DNA of 45,034 bases from a virus. A program made the position numbers and the translations under genes. The stretch lies in UHGV virus genome UHGV-0114729. One strand, written 5' to 3'. Positions 27,989 through 37,399 of the stretch are shown here, piece by piece (position 1 is the stretch's first letter; each line of letters opens with the position of its first letter). The notes under the pieces are model-generated. The model did not search any database and had not been told where the DNA came from. It saw nothing but the letters and a program-made list of their open reading frames with translations.

Positions 27989-28819
27989 TTACCGCGTTAT
28001 CTGCTTAAGCTGTTTTTCTGCCCATGCCTCTTCAATATCGAATTTCGTAATCAGCTGATCATAGAACGGTTTAACGGACTTCTTCCACGTATCCAGGCTG
28101 ATTACATCCGTAATCTGGCAAACAGCTGCGTGGGCCTCAGTTGACGGGATGCGCTCATATCCGCGACCGCCACAGCGCTTGCAGGTGCTGAATACTGGAA
28201 CGCCTTGCTGCTTCGTTTCCTTCTGATTCACCGCTTTCCCACGGCCACGGCAATCACTACATGCGCAACTGATGGCTTTTTTCCCTTTGCACTGAGGACA
28301 GAGAACGCGCGTTATCTCTTTTACCTCACGCCTGTTTTGGTGCTGCGAAGGTATCACCTTCAAACCAAACGCTTTTGATGCCTTAATGATTTCTTTTGCA
28401 TGTGCCGGCGTATTGGTTTTCATACTGAATACCTCAGCATCAATAAAGCCCTCACCGTTGCAGCAATCGCACCGTTTTACACTGGCTGCGCTGCGGGAAT
28501 AATCCTCAAATGCGAAGGTGGCCAACTGGTACATCACCTGAGGCTTAACCCCGAAATCCAACTTACGCAGCGCGGCAACCTTGTCACATTTGGTCATCGC
28601 GTACTCAGCCAGCAGTCCGATAGCCCGATCCCGGTCGTTATTGCTTATGCCCATCTTGCCGAGGAAGGCGCTGTAACCCATTGCGGCGCGTTCCTGGGTC
28701 ATGCCCATGGCCGCCATGACATCCGTCCCGGTCAGCGAATCTGAACCAGTGGCGCGCGGAGAGTCGCTAATAAGCGTCGACTTGGCGAAGTGATATTTCA
28801 CGGTGTTTTCGAGGTTCAT
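27989..28819 (-). CDS. Q: Late-gene antiterminator Q (large Cys-rich Q family)
   Basis: 276 aa; SDSPRATGSDSLTGTDVMAAMGM N-terminal motif and CxxC zinc-binding motifs as in enterobacterial prophage Q proteins; position upstream of the lysis genes. Confidence 0.8.
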   Translation of the reverse strand: MNLENTVKYHFAKSTLISDSPRATGSDSLTGTDVMAAMGMTQERAAMGYSAFLGKMGISNNDRDRAIGLLAEYAMTKCDKVAALRKLDFGVKPQVMYQLATFAFEDYSRSAASVKRCDCCNGEGFIDAEVFSMKTNTPAHAKEIIKASKAFGLKVIPSQHQNRREVKEITRVLCPQCKGKKAISCACSDCRGRGKAVNQKETKQQGVPVFSTCKRCGGRGYERIPSTEAHAAVCQITDVISLDTWKKSVKPFYDQLITKFDIEEAWAEKQLKQITR

Positions 28820-28952
28820 TAGGCTGCTCCTGCTGAATGATAGATACGAACAAAATTACGAAGAATGCGATAATCCACCAGCACCGATCCCCGGTAGCGA
28901 TAAATGCGAAGGCGCTGCCAGCGCGCGCGGAGTATCTCAAGCGTTTCTGGCT

Positions 28953-29309
28953 TCATTTGGCCTCCTCAATAATGATTTGCCCGGTTTCTCCCCAGATTTT
29001 GGTAACCCGTCCGTCCCAGACATGGCTATCCTCGTCAAACACTGCATCCAGCAAAGCTTTTTCCAGGTTGTCTTTGTCCGGCTTTTGTCGATGTGGCTTG
29101 CCGACATATTGCGCCCGCTTTGCCTTACTCCAGCTCTTTGGCATGGGGATAACGAACGTGACGTGATATCCGGACTCAGGCAGACGGATGCCGAGCAACC
29201 TGACCTGTTCTTTGTAAGCCCAGTACGCTGCCGTTGCTGGCCGTTTATGCCATCGGTCACGCTGAGTCATCCTGGGCTTGCCAATCGGCGTAATTTCGTA
29301 AATTTTCAT
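28953..29309 (-). CDS. rusA: RusA-family Holliday junction resolvase
   Basis: 118 aa; KPDKDNLEKALLDAV matches the RusA DxDN...K catalytic motif; nin-region position. Confidence 0.8.
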   Translation of the reverse strand: MKIYEITPIGKPRMTQRDRWHKRPATAAYWAYKEQVRLLGIRLPESGYHVTFVIPMPKSWSKAKRAQYVGKPHRQKPDKDNLEKALLDAVFDEDSHVWDGRVTKIWGETGQIIIEEAK

Positions 29310-29590
29310 GCGGGCACCACCAGCCCGCGGCGGGCAACTTCAATCACTGTCAGAACAATCGCGCGATCCATAAGCTGCCGGCGCTCTTCCCTGTTCAGCT
29401 TATTCCCGTTATCAATGCTGTCATGACAGCAAACGCAGAGCGCAGCTGTCGCACAGTCATCAGTTTTTAATCCCATGCCTTTCCCTTCGTTCCGGTGTGC
29501 CACCTGCGTTCCCCATGCGCCACAAAGAACACAACGTTCGATCTGCCCGACTGCGGCGAGCCACTTCTTGCTGCGGTAGGTTTTACTCAT
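29306..29590 (-). CDS. YbcO-like (DUF1364) putative nuclease
   Basis: Cys/His pattern [14 protein letters not shown]...[11 protein letters not shown] resembles DLP12 YbcO; likely start MSKTYRS at 29590. Confidence 0.65.
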   Translation of the reverse strand: MSKTYRSKKWLAAVGQIERCVLCGAWGTQVAHRNEGKGMGLKTDDCATAALCVCCHDSIDNGNKLNREERRQLMDRAIVLTVIEVARRGLVVPA

Positions 29591-30251
29591 GGTCACCACC
29601 TTGCACCTGAACCAGCGTGAGGTTTCCGCAAAACACCGCTCCTGTGTCGATGTACATCTGGTTGGCATACTTCAGGGGCTGGCGCGCAGGGGTGTGGCCG
29701 AAGATAAACAGATCAGCACCGGCTATCGGCGAGACAATGCCGCCCTGAGCGTCGCTAACCCGCTCACGATTCCAGATGACCATGTCTTTCGGGACCGGCT
29801 TCTCGAACGCATATTCGTTATGCGGGTAGTCAGCGTGGCAAATTACGATTTTCCGATCGGAGGTAACCAGCTCGATGATGAGTGGTAACTCAGCTGCCTT
29901 GTGAACCAGAGCCTTAGCCAGCACCTCTTTGTCATAGTCGAGATTGAAGAACCAACCGCCACCGTTTACCAGCCAGTGATTGACGTTTCCATGCTCTGAA
30001 AGCCCATCAACCATCATCTGCTCATGGTTACCGCTCACTGCCCTGAACCACGGCATAGTAATCAGATCCAGGCACTCGACGTTTTCCGCGCCGCGGTCAA
30101 CAAGGTCACCAACCGAGATCAGCAAATCACGCGCAGGGTCGAACGAAACCTTTTCGAGCTCATTCATCAGCAGCGTGTAGCACCCATGCAGATCGCCGAC
30201 GACGAAGATATTGCGCCAGTCAGCGCCATTAATTCGTTGATACATGCTCAT
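29583..30251 (-). CDS. Ser/Thr protein phosphatase (NinI / lambda-phosphatase-like)
   Basis: GDLHGC, GDLVDRG and GNHE metallophosphatase motifs; likely start at MSMYQ (30251), overlapping the NinE stop. Confidence 0.85.
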   Translation of the reverse strand: MSMYQRINGADWRNIFVVGDLHGCYTLLMNELEKVSFDPARDLLISVGDLVDRGAENVECLDLITMPWFRAVSGNHEQMMVDGLSEHGNVNHWLVNGGGWFFNLDYDKEVLAKALVHKAAELPLIIELVTSDRKIVICHADYPHNEYAFEKPVPKDMVIWNRERVSDAQGGIVSPIAGADLFIFGHTPARQPLKYANQMYIDTGAVFCGNLTLVQVQGGDHE

Positions 30252-30418
30252 GCTGATTTTCTCCTCGCTGCGAGACGCAGCCATTTCTGATCCACCAGGC
30301 GGGCGGTGTAGTCTTTCAGGGTCGGGATATCGGATGGCTTAACCGCGGGCTTAGGCTTGCGGCGCGCCGGAACGCGGAAGATTTCATTGGTGATGACGCG
30401 AGAAAGTGGAGTAGACAT
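30248..30418 (-). CDS. ninE: NinE-like protein
   Basis: Hand-translated 56-aa ORF ([15 protein letters not shown]...[11 protein letters not shown]) resembling lambda NinE; ATGA overlap with the NinB stop and with the phosphatase start. Confidence 0.6.
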   Translation of the reverse strand: MSTPLSRVITNEIFRVPARRKPKPAVKPSDIPTLKDYTARLVDQKWLRLAARRKSA

Positions 30419-30873
30419 CAGGCCTCCTGCTTATCGCGCAGTTGCTGGTACTCGCAGCCGGTCGGGATAGTCAGCGCCAGGCCGAACTGAGCGCACCACA
30501 TTTCAACCTTCACCAGGAAGATATGCATTTCCCCGGTGTCGAGGTCTGCGGTGTGGCGCGGCTCCCAGGTGGTGGTCTTCTCACCGGTGATGAAGTCGGT
30601 ATAAGTCACCTCTTCGCAGCCGAGATAGGTCTTTTTGAGGTTGCGCTTAACCCACTCTGGGGTAGCGTCAGTGCGCCCGGATTTAATCAGGTATTCACTG
30701 ATTTCAGCCAGCCACATATGAAGAAGTGAATTTTGAGACAGGCTGCGCTTCTCTCTCCACGGCTTAATTTGAAGGCGGAAGCATTGCCCGTCATTCAGAA
30801 GTGGGTGAAGGTGCTGGGTGATAGCATTAATATTGCCACGATGTAGCTTGATGCCGTCTTTTGGGAGAATCAT
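30418..30873 (-). CDS. ninB: NinB (Orf-family recombination mediator)
   Basis: 151 aa; RSLSQNSLLHMWL resembles the lambda NinB motif; position. Confidence 0.7.
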   Translation of the reverse strand: MILPKDGIKLHRGNINAITQHLHPLLNDGQCFRLQIKPWREKRSLSQNSLLHMWLAEISEYLIKSGRTDATPEWVKRNLKKTYLGCEEVTYTDFITGEKTTTWEPRHTADLDTGEMHIFLVKVEMWCAQFGLALTIPTGCEYQQLRDKQEA

Positions 30874-31053
30874 ACGTCACCTCCGAGAGGTAACGCAGAA
30901 TGCAGAAAATCGCAGGTGCCGTTAAGCATCTGTGACAAGGTGATACGTTCAAGTTGTGGTCGCATTTAATGTCCCCATCAAATGCGCAGAAGTCTTACCG
31001 TCGGGCGTTCAACTCCGACGGCGACTTAATTATGGCTGGTTGATTACTGAAAA

Positions 31054-31638
31054 TCAAAGGTCTTCTTCGTCTTGGTATTTCAGCCTTTTGTCTTTTATTT
31101 TCTGAAGTCTTTCCTCAAGCGCTGGAAGAACCCACTTTGCAAGTTCGGTAGCAGGGAAGCCATTCTCTTTACGGATTCCCGAAGCAATCTCAGCAGCTTT
31201 TAATCCAAGTAAGGAAAACTGGTATTGTCTCTCATCGAAGTACTCTCGATGATCTGGAGGTGAAGACATGTATTCACCGACAAAATTAATAGATTTTATA
31301 GCCTCATTTTGCTTCATTGGAAGGCTGCAAATTTCATACATTGTTTTAGATTTCAGAGACTTCCAGTTTCCCTTAACTAATGAATAGTCAATTTTTTCAG
31401 GAAGCTTTGTTGTAGATTCATACTCACCTTGCTCACCATTAGCCTCGCCATCATCCTGGACAACCTCAGCACACTTAACAGCATAGTTTTCAAGGAGGAA
31501 TACCAATTCTGCACAAATGAATTTTCTTTCTGGGCTAGACTGCTTATTTTCTTTGAACCACCCGATAAAGTGGTTTGCACCATGGCCTATTACTGCCCCG
31601 ATTGCACCACCGATCATTGAACCAACCCACAGTTCCAT
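31054..31638 (-). CDS. Hypothetical membrane-anchored protein (AT-rich)
   Basis: 194 aa; N-terminal glycine-zipper transmembrane segment; GGAG RBS 5 nt after the stop of the upstream 87-aa gene. Confidence 0.55.
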   Translation of the reverse strand: MELWVGSMIGGAIGAVIGHGANHFIGWFKENKQSSPERKFICAELVFLLENYAVKCAEVVQDDGEANGEQGEYESTTKLPEKIDYSLVKGNWKSLKSKTMYEICSLPMKQNEAIKSINFVGEYMSSPPDHREYFDERQYQFSLLGLKAAEIASGIRKENGFPATELAKWVLPALEERLQKIKDKRLKYQDEEDL

Positions 31639-31647
31639 TTAGGCTCC

Positions 31648-31911
31648 CTATTTAGTATTGGCTTCTGTCATTTCTATGTAACGTGGATCGCTTGCCTTAG
31701 GAAGTTTCAAACTCTCCTCCCGATAATGTCTCAACCGTTCAAGGAAATAATCTCGCAAATGCTCGGGCTGCTCGCGCATAACCACTTCGGCGATAACCGG
31801 CATGTTCAGCCGCTCTTTGTACGCCACGCCGGAGGCTGCAAGGTCAACGTTAACCTTGTCGCGTTCCTCTTGGCTCTTTGCAGCAATATTGAAGTCGTTC
31901 ATAATCATCAA
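31648..31911 (-). CDS. Hypothetical protein
   Basis: 87-aa ORF immediately upstream of, and coupled to, the 194-aa membrane protein gene. Confidence 0.5.
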   Translation of the reverse strand: MMIMNDFNIAAKSQEERDKVNVDLAASGVAYKERLNMPVIAEVVMREQPEHLRDYFLERLRHYREESLKLPKASDPRYIEMTEANTK

Positions 31912-31967
31912 CTCATTCGTTTTAATAGAACGTATCTTACGTCAGATAACCGCTGCTGAGACCAATT

Positions 31968-32147
31968 ATGCGCGCAAAGATCCATCGTTACTGCTCATGG
32001 ATATTTTTTATCGTACTTTTCCTGTTCCTGTTTGCTCTCTATCAGAAAGCGTACTTGGGTGTCGCCCTCAATCAAATTATCATTGCAACGCTTGCCGTTA
32101 CTGGTTTTCTCGGTTGGATTACGAGAGAAAAGCATCCCAAGAATTGA
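31968..32147 (+). CDS. Small hydrophobic membrane peptide on the opposite strand
   Basis: Hand-translated 59-aa ORF MRAKIHRYCSWIFFIVLFLFLFALYQKAYLGVALNQIIIATLAVTGFLGWITREKHPKN with two predicted transmembrane segments; below the ORF-track cutoff. Confidence 0.35.
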   Translation: MRAKIHRYCSWIFFIVLFLFLFALYQKAYLGVALNQIIIATLAVTGFLGWITREKHPKN

Positions 32148-32193
32148 GTAAATGGCCACTATGAAGTGGCCGGCTCATCGTAAAAATTAGCGT

Positions 32194-32562
32194 TCAAATG
32201 CCATCGGCACCCTGAAGCATGGCGGCGCGGCAGGCGTTCCAGCCGACTGCTTTTCCATGCTCAAACGCGCTGTCAAAGTCATCATCCATTTCCATCGAAT
32301 CAGGCACAGATACCGGCGCTGGAGGGGCGGTGTAAAGCGGCGTTACTTCTCGCAGCGGGTCGGCATAAGCATTGCCACTATCGAAGCTGACGTTGTTTTT
32401 TGCGCCGCCGCCTGACAGCAGCCACGCCACCGGCTCCGCTTCGAGCGATGCCAGCGCGATACGCGCCAGCTCATTCAGGATTGCCACATCAGCGTGACCG
32501 AGGGTGTATCCAGCTTTCAAATCGGCAACTGCTTGCACGGCCTGTTTGGTAATAGTGCTCAT
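32194..32562 (-). CDS. Hypothetical protein
   Basis: 122-aa ORF in the early-right operon. Confidence 0.5.
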   Translation of the reverse strand: MSTITKQAVQAVADLKAGYTLGHADVAILNELARIALASLEAEPVAWLLSGGGAKNNVSFDSGNAYADPLREVTPLYTAPPAPVSVPDSMEMDDDFDSAFEHGKAVGWNACRAAMLQGADGI

Positions 32563-32572
32563 AGGCTAGTCC

Positions 32573-32755
32573 TCAGTATCCAGAGTACGCGCGGAGTGAT
32601 GCTATTCTCGCGGTGATATCATTGATGATTTCCTGCACCACCACTGCGTGCTCATGCTCATCACGCAAGATGTCAAGGGCGCTGTCTATTTCACGGAGCA
32701 TATCCTGCTGCCATTCAATATCTTCTGATTCCGGTATTTCGTATTTCATGCTCAC
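32573..32755 (-). CDS. Hypothetical small acidic protein
   Basis: 60-aa ORF, coupled to neighbours. Confidence 0.4.
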   Translation of the reverse strand: MSMKYEIPESEDIEWQQDMLREIDSALDILRDEHEHAVVVQEIINDITARIASLRAYSGY

Positions 32756-33090
32756 TCTCCTTTACCGGCTGCGGCAATGTTGATGCCAGCTCTTTCTAGC
32801 ATTGCGACAACCTCGGATTCCTCATAGCACGCTATTTTTCCAGCCCATAGGCGAGTAGTTGGCAGTTTCACAGTGGGTTTATTGCGCTCCATCTTCCGAA
32901 TTAACTCTGAAGCAGAATCGTGAGCCTCGCGGAAAGATCGGGCCTGAAGGAGCATATCCTCATAGCGTTCTTCTGAGGCTTCCAGCTCATCCAGCAGCGC
33001 CAGCACATCGCGAGTTTCCACGAACATATTCGGGTCGAAGTTATCGACCGCTTTAGCCGCGGCTGATTTCAATTTGTCGATGTTGCTCAT
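32752..33090 (-). CDS. Hypothetical protein
   Basis: 112-aa ORF, overlapping starts and stops with neighbours. Confidence 0.5.
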   Translation of the reverse strand: MSNIDKLKSAAAKAVDNFDPNMFVETRDVLALLDELEASEERYEDMLLQARSFREAHDSASELIRKMERNKPTVKLPTTRLWAGKIACYEESEVVAMLERAGINIAAAGKGE

Positions 33091-33575
33091 TGGGCCTCCT
33101 GGCGAAGTTGGGCCGCGAACTGTGCTGCAACCGCTCCGGCATCCATGAAGAAGTCATAGGATTTTTCCAGCGCTTTCTGCTCGCAGTGTTTAACTAACAT
33201 CTCCACGCCCTGCGCCCGCACTTCAGCCAGGAAGGCGTCGGTTGCTGGGGTTTCAGGAATAGTGTCTGGAATAACTTCTGAGTAAATGCGATCCATTGCT
33301 TCGAGCCATCCATATTCACAGGCGTTATAACCGTCAGTCTGAAGACCGTTATCCTCAACACCACAGCCCATTCCGATGCTTTGATAATCAGGCTCGTTAC
33401 TGCGGTCAATCACTGCTGATAGAGTGCCTTTCAGCCACGCATTCTCCGCAGCCAGCGCCGCGAATGTGGTTTCAACCACGTTAAGCAAAGTCGTAACCTC
33501 TTCAGGCGACATGTGCTCACCACATTCGGCATTCACCCTGGCATTTTTAATCAGATCTTCGTATTTATTGCTCAT
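33087..33575 (-). CDS. Hypothetical protein
   Basis: ORF 33087..33632; likely start MSNKYEDL at 33575 to avoid overlap with the upstream gene. Confidence 0.5.
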   Translation of the reverse strand: MSNKYEDLIKNARVNAECGEHMSPEEVTTLLNVVETTFAALAAENAWLKGTLSAVIDRSNEPDYQSIGMGCGVEDNGLQTDGYNACEYGWLEAMDRIYSEVIPDTIPETPATDAFLAEVRAQGVEMLVKHCEQKALEKSYDFFMDAGAVAAQFAAQLRQEAQ

Positions 33576-33916
33576 ACCCCTGCCCTCCCCCAAACCATCA
33601 ATACTCGCTTCATCGCCGCGCTGTTGCGGCACTCCTGGCAGATCACGTTTGCCTCTGTACGCTGCACCAGCTTCGAATTTCCCTTCGGCATAGCCGGGAT
33701 TGTTTCTGGTGCGTATTTCATGCCGTAATCGGTCAGCCGATAAAGCCGCTGTCCGTGCTTGCCTTCGAACTCGATCAAGCCGTCTGCCAGCAGCGTGCTC
33801 ACCGTTCCGGATATCTTTTTGGTGGTCATGCCGATCATGCTGGCAATACGAGCACTGTTCAGGCCCGGGTTGTTACGCAGGGCTGCAAGAATCTGCCCGC
33901 GGATTGTTATGGTCAT
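33572..33916 (-). CDS. Winged-helix DNA-binding protein
   Basis: 114 aa; ILAALRNNPGLNSARIASMIGMTTKKISGTVSTLLADGLIE looks like a winged HTH. Confidence 0.5.
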   Translation of the reverse strand: MTITIRGQILAALRNNPGLNSARIASMIGMTTKKISGTVSTLLADGLIEFEGKHGQRLYRLTDYGMKYAPETIPAMPKGNSKLVQRTEANVICQECRNSAAMKRVLMVWGRAGV

Positions 33917-34767
33917 GCTGCCCCCTTAGAACGGTAAGAATCCCACGTGAATGACAGAGTGCACCCGCCGCCATCGCTCATGCGGTCAAGAACGCGCTCG
34001 CCGATGAATGCTGCCAGCTCTTCCCTTGTCTGGTTGCTGATCAGGATGGTCGGCTTCATACGCTCATAACGGGTGTTGATGATTTCGAACATGATCAGCT
34101 TCTCGGCCTCGCTGCCGAACTGGACGCCAACTTCGTCGATGATCAAAAGGTCCGGAGTGGTGAAGTGCGCAATCACGTCGTTCTCGCAGCGCTTCGCTGT
34201 TTTCGACCACGTTGATTTGAATTCGCGGGCAATCTTCAGCGCGGTGGTGAAAATTACCGGGCTCTGGTGGTTCTCGATGACATAACGGGCGATCGCCAGG
34301 GCGAGGTGGTTTTTACCGGTTCCCGGCTTGCCGCACATCACCAGGCCACCACCCTGCTTCAGGCGCTCTGGCCACTTCGCGGCATACGCCTGGCAAACCC
34401 GCAGCGCGCGCTCTGACTCCTTCCCCACCGGCTGATAGCTTTCCAGCGTGCACGTTACAAAGCGCTCAGGGATTTCGAGCTGGCGCAGCAGGCGATCGAT
34501 GTTCTGCTGGCGCGTGCGGTCTTCCCACCGCTTTTTCTCGTCATACAGGAAGGTCAGCTCATCGCGAAGGCAGCCCGGACAACGAGTCGGCGGTGACGGC
34601 AGCTTGATCAGGCTGCTGGTAAGCACGCGTTTACGCTGTTCGTACTCGCCATGTTTCTCGCAAAGCACTGTTTCGAAGACGGTCTCGCAGTTAGGGAGCT
34701 GCTCTGGAGGTCTACCAAGGACTTCCAGCATTTTTTCGATAGCGTCGATTTTTTCGAGCAGTTCCAT
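33913..34767 (-). CDS. DnaC-like replicative helicase loader (IstB-like AAA+ ATPase)
   Basis: Walker A GKPGTGKNHLALAI and Walker B LLIIDEVG; likely start MELLEK at 34767, 2 nt after the O-like stop. Confidence 0.85.
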   Translation of the reverse strand: MELLEKIDAIEKMLEVLGRPPEQLPNCETVFETVLCEKHGEYEQRKRVLTSSLIKLPSPPTRCPGCLRDELTFLYDEKKRWEDRTRQQNIDRLLRQLEIPERFVTCTLESYQPVGKESERALRVCQAYAAKWPERLKQGGGLVMCGKPGTGKNHLALAIARYVIENHQSPVIFTTALKIAREFKSTWSKTAKRCENDVIAHFTTPDLLIIDEVGVQFGSEAEKLIMFEIINTRYERMKPTILISNQTREELAAFIGERVLDRMSDGGGCTLSFTWDSYRSKGAA

Positions 34768-34769
34768 AC

Positions 34770-35639
34770 TCAGTCCCTCGCCCAAGATGGAATTTCAGTC
34801 TGGCCATAGTCCTTGCCAGCGAAGTTCTCAGATACGCGAGACTGATTGCGGGCTGGCTGCTTGATGCCTTTCGGCTCAAACAATCCCTGCCAGCCGTTCG
34901 CAATGCTCTGGTTGATGATTTCTTCAGGCTGATATCCGCTGCACTTGCAACGCTCGAGCAGGTTGATGGCCTGGGTAACCGTCTGCTGAGACTTGATCGG
35001 TTTCTTCAGGTCGCGACGATAATCGACCCATGACTTCCAGACTGAAACTGACAGCCATTCAGGAAGGTCAACACCAGCCGGATCGAACGAAGCATGTTTG
35101 GGGGATTTAGGGGGTTTATTAATATTGTCTTTATTGTCTTTTGTAATAGTGTCTTTTGTGTGTCCCCATTTTGGTGACAGGGTTGTCACTGTTTTGGTGA
35201 CACTTTTTGTCACCACCGTAGGGACACTGTCACTACCATGGTGACAGTCACTACTATGGTGACATTTTGGCGCAGGCTTAGTGCCAGGAATTACCCACTC
35301 ACTCAGGTTTTTGTTGGGCCCGATCAGCATGCCGTCGGACACCAAAACATTCATCGCAATGAGTTCGTTTTTGGCAGCGTTAACCTTCTGGCGAGGTAGC
35401 CTGGTCAGCTCAGAAAGTTGTGAGTCTGCTATGCGGTCCATCTTTTTGTTGAACCCATAGGTTTTGCGGCAAACAGCATGAGCTACCTTGGCCTGATTTT
35501 TGGTCAGGTTCGCGCCGATAAGCTCCTCATACAACTCGTTTGCCAGACGGGTGTACCCATCGTCTGTATCGGCCACGCGTTGCTCCTGTATTCCCGAAAC
35601 TACAGCGGGAAAGTTGAGAATTTCTGCGGTGTTTGACAT
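34770..35639 (-). CDS. Replication initiator, lambda O-like N-terminal domain
   Basis: TKNQAKVAHAVCRKTYGFNKK motif; iterons inside the coding sequence; likely start MSNTAEILNF at 35639 with GGGAG RBS. Confidence 0.8.
   Translation of the reverse strand: MSNTAEILNFPAVVSGIQEQRVADTDDGYTRLANELYEELIGANLTKNQAKVAHAVCRKTYGFNKKMDRIADSQLSELTRLPRQKVNAAKNELIAMNVLVSDGMLIGPNKNLSEWVIPGTKPAPKCHHSSDCHHGSDSVPTVVTKSVTKTVTTLSPKWGHTKDTITKDNKDNINKPPKSPKHASFDPAGVDLPEWLSVSVWKSWVDYRRDLKKPIKSQQTVTQAINLLERCKCSGYQPEEIINQSIANGWQGLFEPKGIKQPARNQSRVSENFAGKDYGQTEIPSWARD
35150..35290. repeat. Origin iterons (GGTGACA / TGTCACC family) inside the O-like gene
   Basis: At least six copies of GGTGACA or its complement within about 130 bp, flanked by an AT-rich stretch. 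Confidence 0.7.
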
Positions 35640-35724
35640 ACTTACTCCCGTTACTTGGCGTAACACAGTGTGATAAGGGCCTTTGAAGTTACCGCTTCAA
35701 GGGCTTTTTCTTTTCTTGTGCCTC

Positions 35725-36270
35725 TCATATAACCCCCAGCATCGATGTAACCATCGTCATCAGCGGTCCTACCTGCTCCGGCATGAGGCGGAACAGCGAC
35801 GCTATACCCTCGCTTACCTCTTTGAGCTTCTGATGCTCTGGAGCGTCCAGCAGCACGGCCTGTTTAGCCTCGGCACACTCTTTCATCGCAGAGGCGATCA
35901 GCGACATCGTGTCGTTCTGCGGCGCCAGACGGTTTCGGTACTCCAGCGGCAGGACCGACATGATTGCCGGGGCCAGCTGGCGAATGTTGTTGGCGGCATA
36001 TTCGGTATCGCCATCAATCCATCGAAACACTTTCTGCATCTGGCGGTGCGAGTCAGTCGGGATATCCAGACCGGTTCCGCCGGACGCCCGCCACTCTTCC
36101 ACGATCAGCGCGGCGACAAATTCACGGCTTCGGCAATCAGCTGCCCAGGCGCGAACAGCTGCGCGGATCCCATCGATGTTTAACGCCGTGGAATCAGGCT
36201 CCCGGCGATTCTGGTAAATCATCGCCGTTGGCGAAAATTTGTTACCTTGTTGATACGCAAGTGAATGCAT
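35725..36270 (-). CDS. YdaT-like regulator (cII-analogue position)
   Basis: 181-aa second gene of the rightward operon; family assignment from imperfect recollection of YdaT. Confidence 0.45.
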   Translation of the reverse strand: MHSLAYQQGNKFSPTAMIYQNRREPDSTALNIDGIRAAVRAWAADCRSREFVAALIVEEWRASGGTGLDIPTDSHRQMQKVFRWIDGDTEYAANNIRQLAPAIMSVLPLEYRNRLAPQNDTMSLIASAMKECAEAKQAVLLDAPEHQKLKEVSEGIASLFRLMPEQVGPLMTMVTSMLGVI

Positions 36271-36287
36271 TGCTTTCCCTTTCGTGG

Positions 36288-36521
36288 TTAGGCCGCAGTA
36301 TCACGCGGCGATGCGAATACCAGGCTTTCTTTTAGGACCGGAGCCTGGCGGTGAAAATTCTTCGTGCCTTTCTCGATAGCAGATGCCATTTCTGGAGATG
36401 CCCGGCGATTTCCGTAGGCGATCTGGTCCAGGTAACCTGGCGTCGTGTTAGCCAACTTTGCGAGCTGCGCCCATTCGTCGGTAGTGGCGGCCTTGCGCCA
36501 GCGGTGTAGTTCAGTGCTCAT
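36288..36521 (-). CDS. cro: Cro-like HTH repressor (first gene of rightward early operon)
   Basis: 77 aa; HTH-like WAQLAKLANTTPGYLDQIAYG; divergent from cI across the operator region; GGAG RBS. Confidence 0.65.
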   Translation of the reverse strand: MSTELHRWRKAATTDEWAQLAKLANTTPGYLDQIAYGNRRASPEMASAIEKGTKNFHRQAPVLKESLVFASPRDTAA

Positions 36522-36553
36522 TGGTGTCTCCGGGTGAGTCGTTTGATTTGGAG

Positions 36554-36619
36554 TTTAGCGTTATGCTAAATACTACGCAAGCATCATTTAGCAATTTGCA
36601 CATTTATCATTTTGCTAAA
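36554..36619. promoter_or_regulatory. OR operator cluster and divergent PRM/PR promoters
   Basis: Perfect palindrome TTTAGC-GTTAT-GCTAAA at 36554..36570 plus two degenerate copies between the cro-like and cI starts. Confidence 0.65.
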
Positions 36620-36637
36620 AGCAGTAACAATGCAGGT

Positions 36638-37315
36638 ATGGAAAATAAAGAAATCAGAAAAGCCAACCTGGAAGCGCTGTACGAGAAGCGTCAGCACGAG
36701 TCTGGAATGACCAAAGCGCAGTTTGCCGAGCTCATCGAGACAAGTCCGGCTGCGCTTAGCCAGCTACTGGGACCAAACCCTCATCGCAATATCGGCGATA
36801 AGATGGCTCGCAAAATTGAAACTGCGCTTGATCTGCCTTTTGGCTGGATGGATGTTTTACACGCCAGTGAAGAACCTTCGAACGTTGCATTTCGAGGACT
36901 GAACGAGACAAAAGGAAGTTATCCTGTAATCAGCTGGGTAAGCGCGGGGCAATGGATGGAAGCTGTAGAACCTTATCACCGAAGAGCGATAGATCGCTGG
37001 TATGACACGACTGTTGACTGCTCAGAAGATTCATTCTGGCTGGACGTTAAAGGGGATTCTATGACCTCCCCGGCTGGACTGAGCATACCCGAGGGAGCAG
37101 CGATACTTGTTGATCCTGAAGTCGAGCCGCGCAACGGAAAGCTGGTTGTCGCGAAGCTAGAAGGCGATAACGAAGCGACCTTTAAGAAGCTTGTAATCGA
37201 TGCCGGCAGACGCTTCCTAAAGCCCCTTAACCCCGCATATCCCATGCTAGAAATTAATGGAAACTGCAAAATCATCGGCGTTGTGGTTGATGCCAAAATA
37301 CTAAACATCCCATAA
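36638..37315 (+). CDS. cI: cI-type repressor (HTH plus LexA-like S24 peptidase domain)
   Basis: Start MENKEIRK at 36638; N-terminal HTH; C-terminal GDSM serine and downstream lysine typical of autocleaving repressors. Confidence 0.9.
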   Translation: MENKEIRKANLEALYEKRQHESGMTKAQFAELIETSPAALSQLLGPNPHRNIGDKMARKIETALDLPFGWMDVLHASEEPSNVAFRGLNETKGSYPVISWVSAGQWMEAVEPYHRRAIDRWYDTTVDCSEDSFWLDVKGDSMTSPAGLSIPEGAAILVDPEVEPRNGKLVVAKLEGDNEATFKKLVIDAGRRFLKPLNPAYPMLEINGNCKIIGVVVDAKILNIP

Positions 37316-37334
37316 CCTCACGCAAAACCCCTCA

Positions 37335-37360
37335 AGCCCGCCATCGCGCGGGCTTTTTTA
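37335..37360 (+). terminator. Rho-independent terminator after cI
   Basis: GCCCGC-CATCGC-GCGGGC followed by TTTTTT, 20 nt after the cI stop. Confidence 0.75.
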
Positions 37361-37399
37361 CGTCCCGAATTCCTTCGCTGTAAATTTTTAATCGCTTAT

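Noticed and set aside
27522-27990. Possible tRNA gene between Q and the lysis genes
   Set aside because: No acceptor-stem pairing or GTTCRANYC T-loop motif found by eye on either strand; needs tRNAscan to exclude formally.
31802-32164. Plus-strand 120-aa ORF
   Set aside because: Overlaps the minus-strand 87-aa gene and has an unconvincing sequence; the 59-aa hydrophobic ORF in another frame (31968..32147) is the more plausible coding unit here.
36521-36637. Upstream extension of cI (track start at 36521)
   Set aside because: This stretch is the operator/promoter region; the real start is the ATG at 36638.
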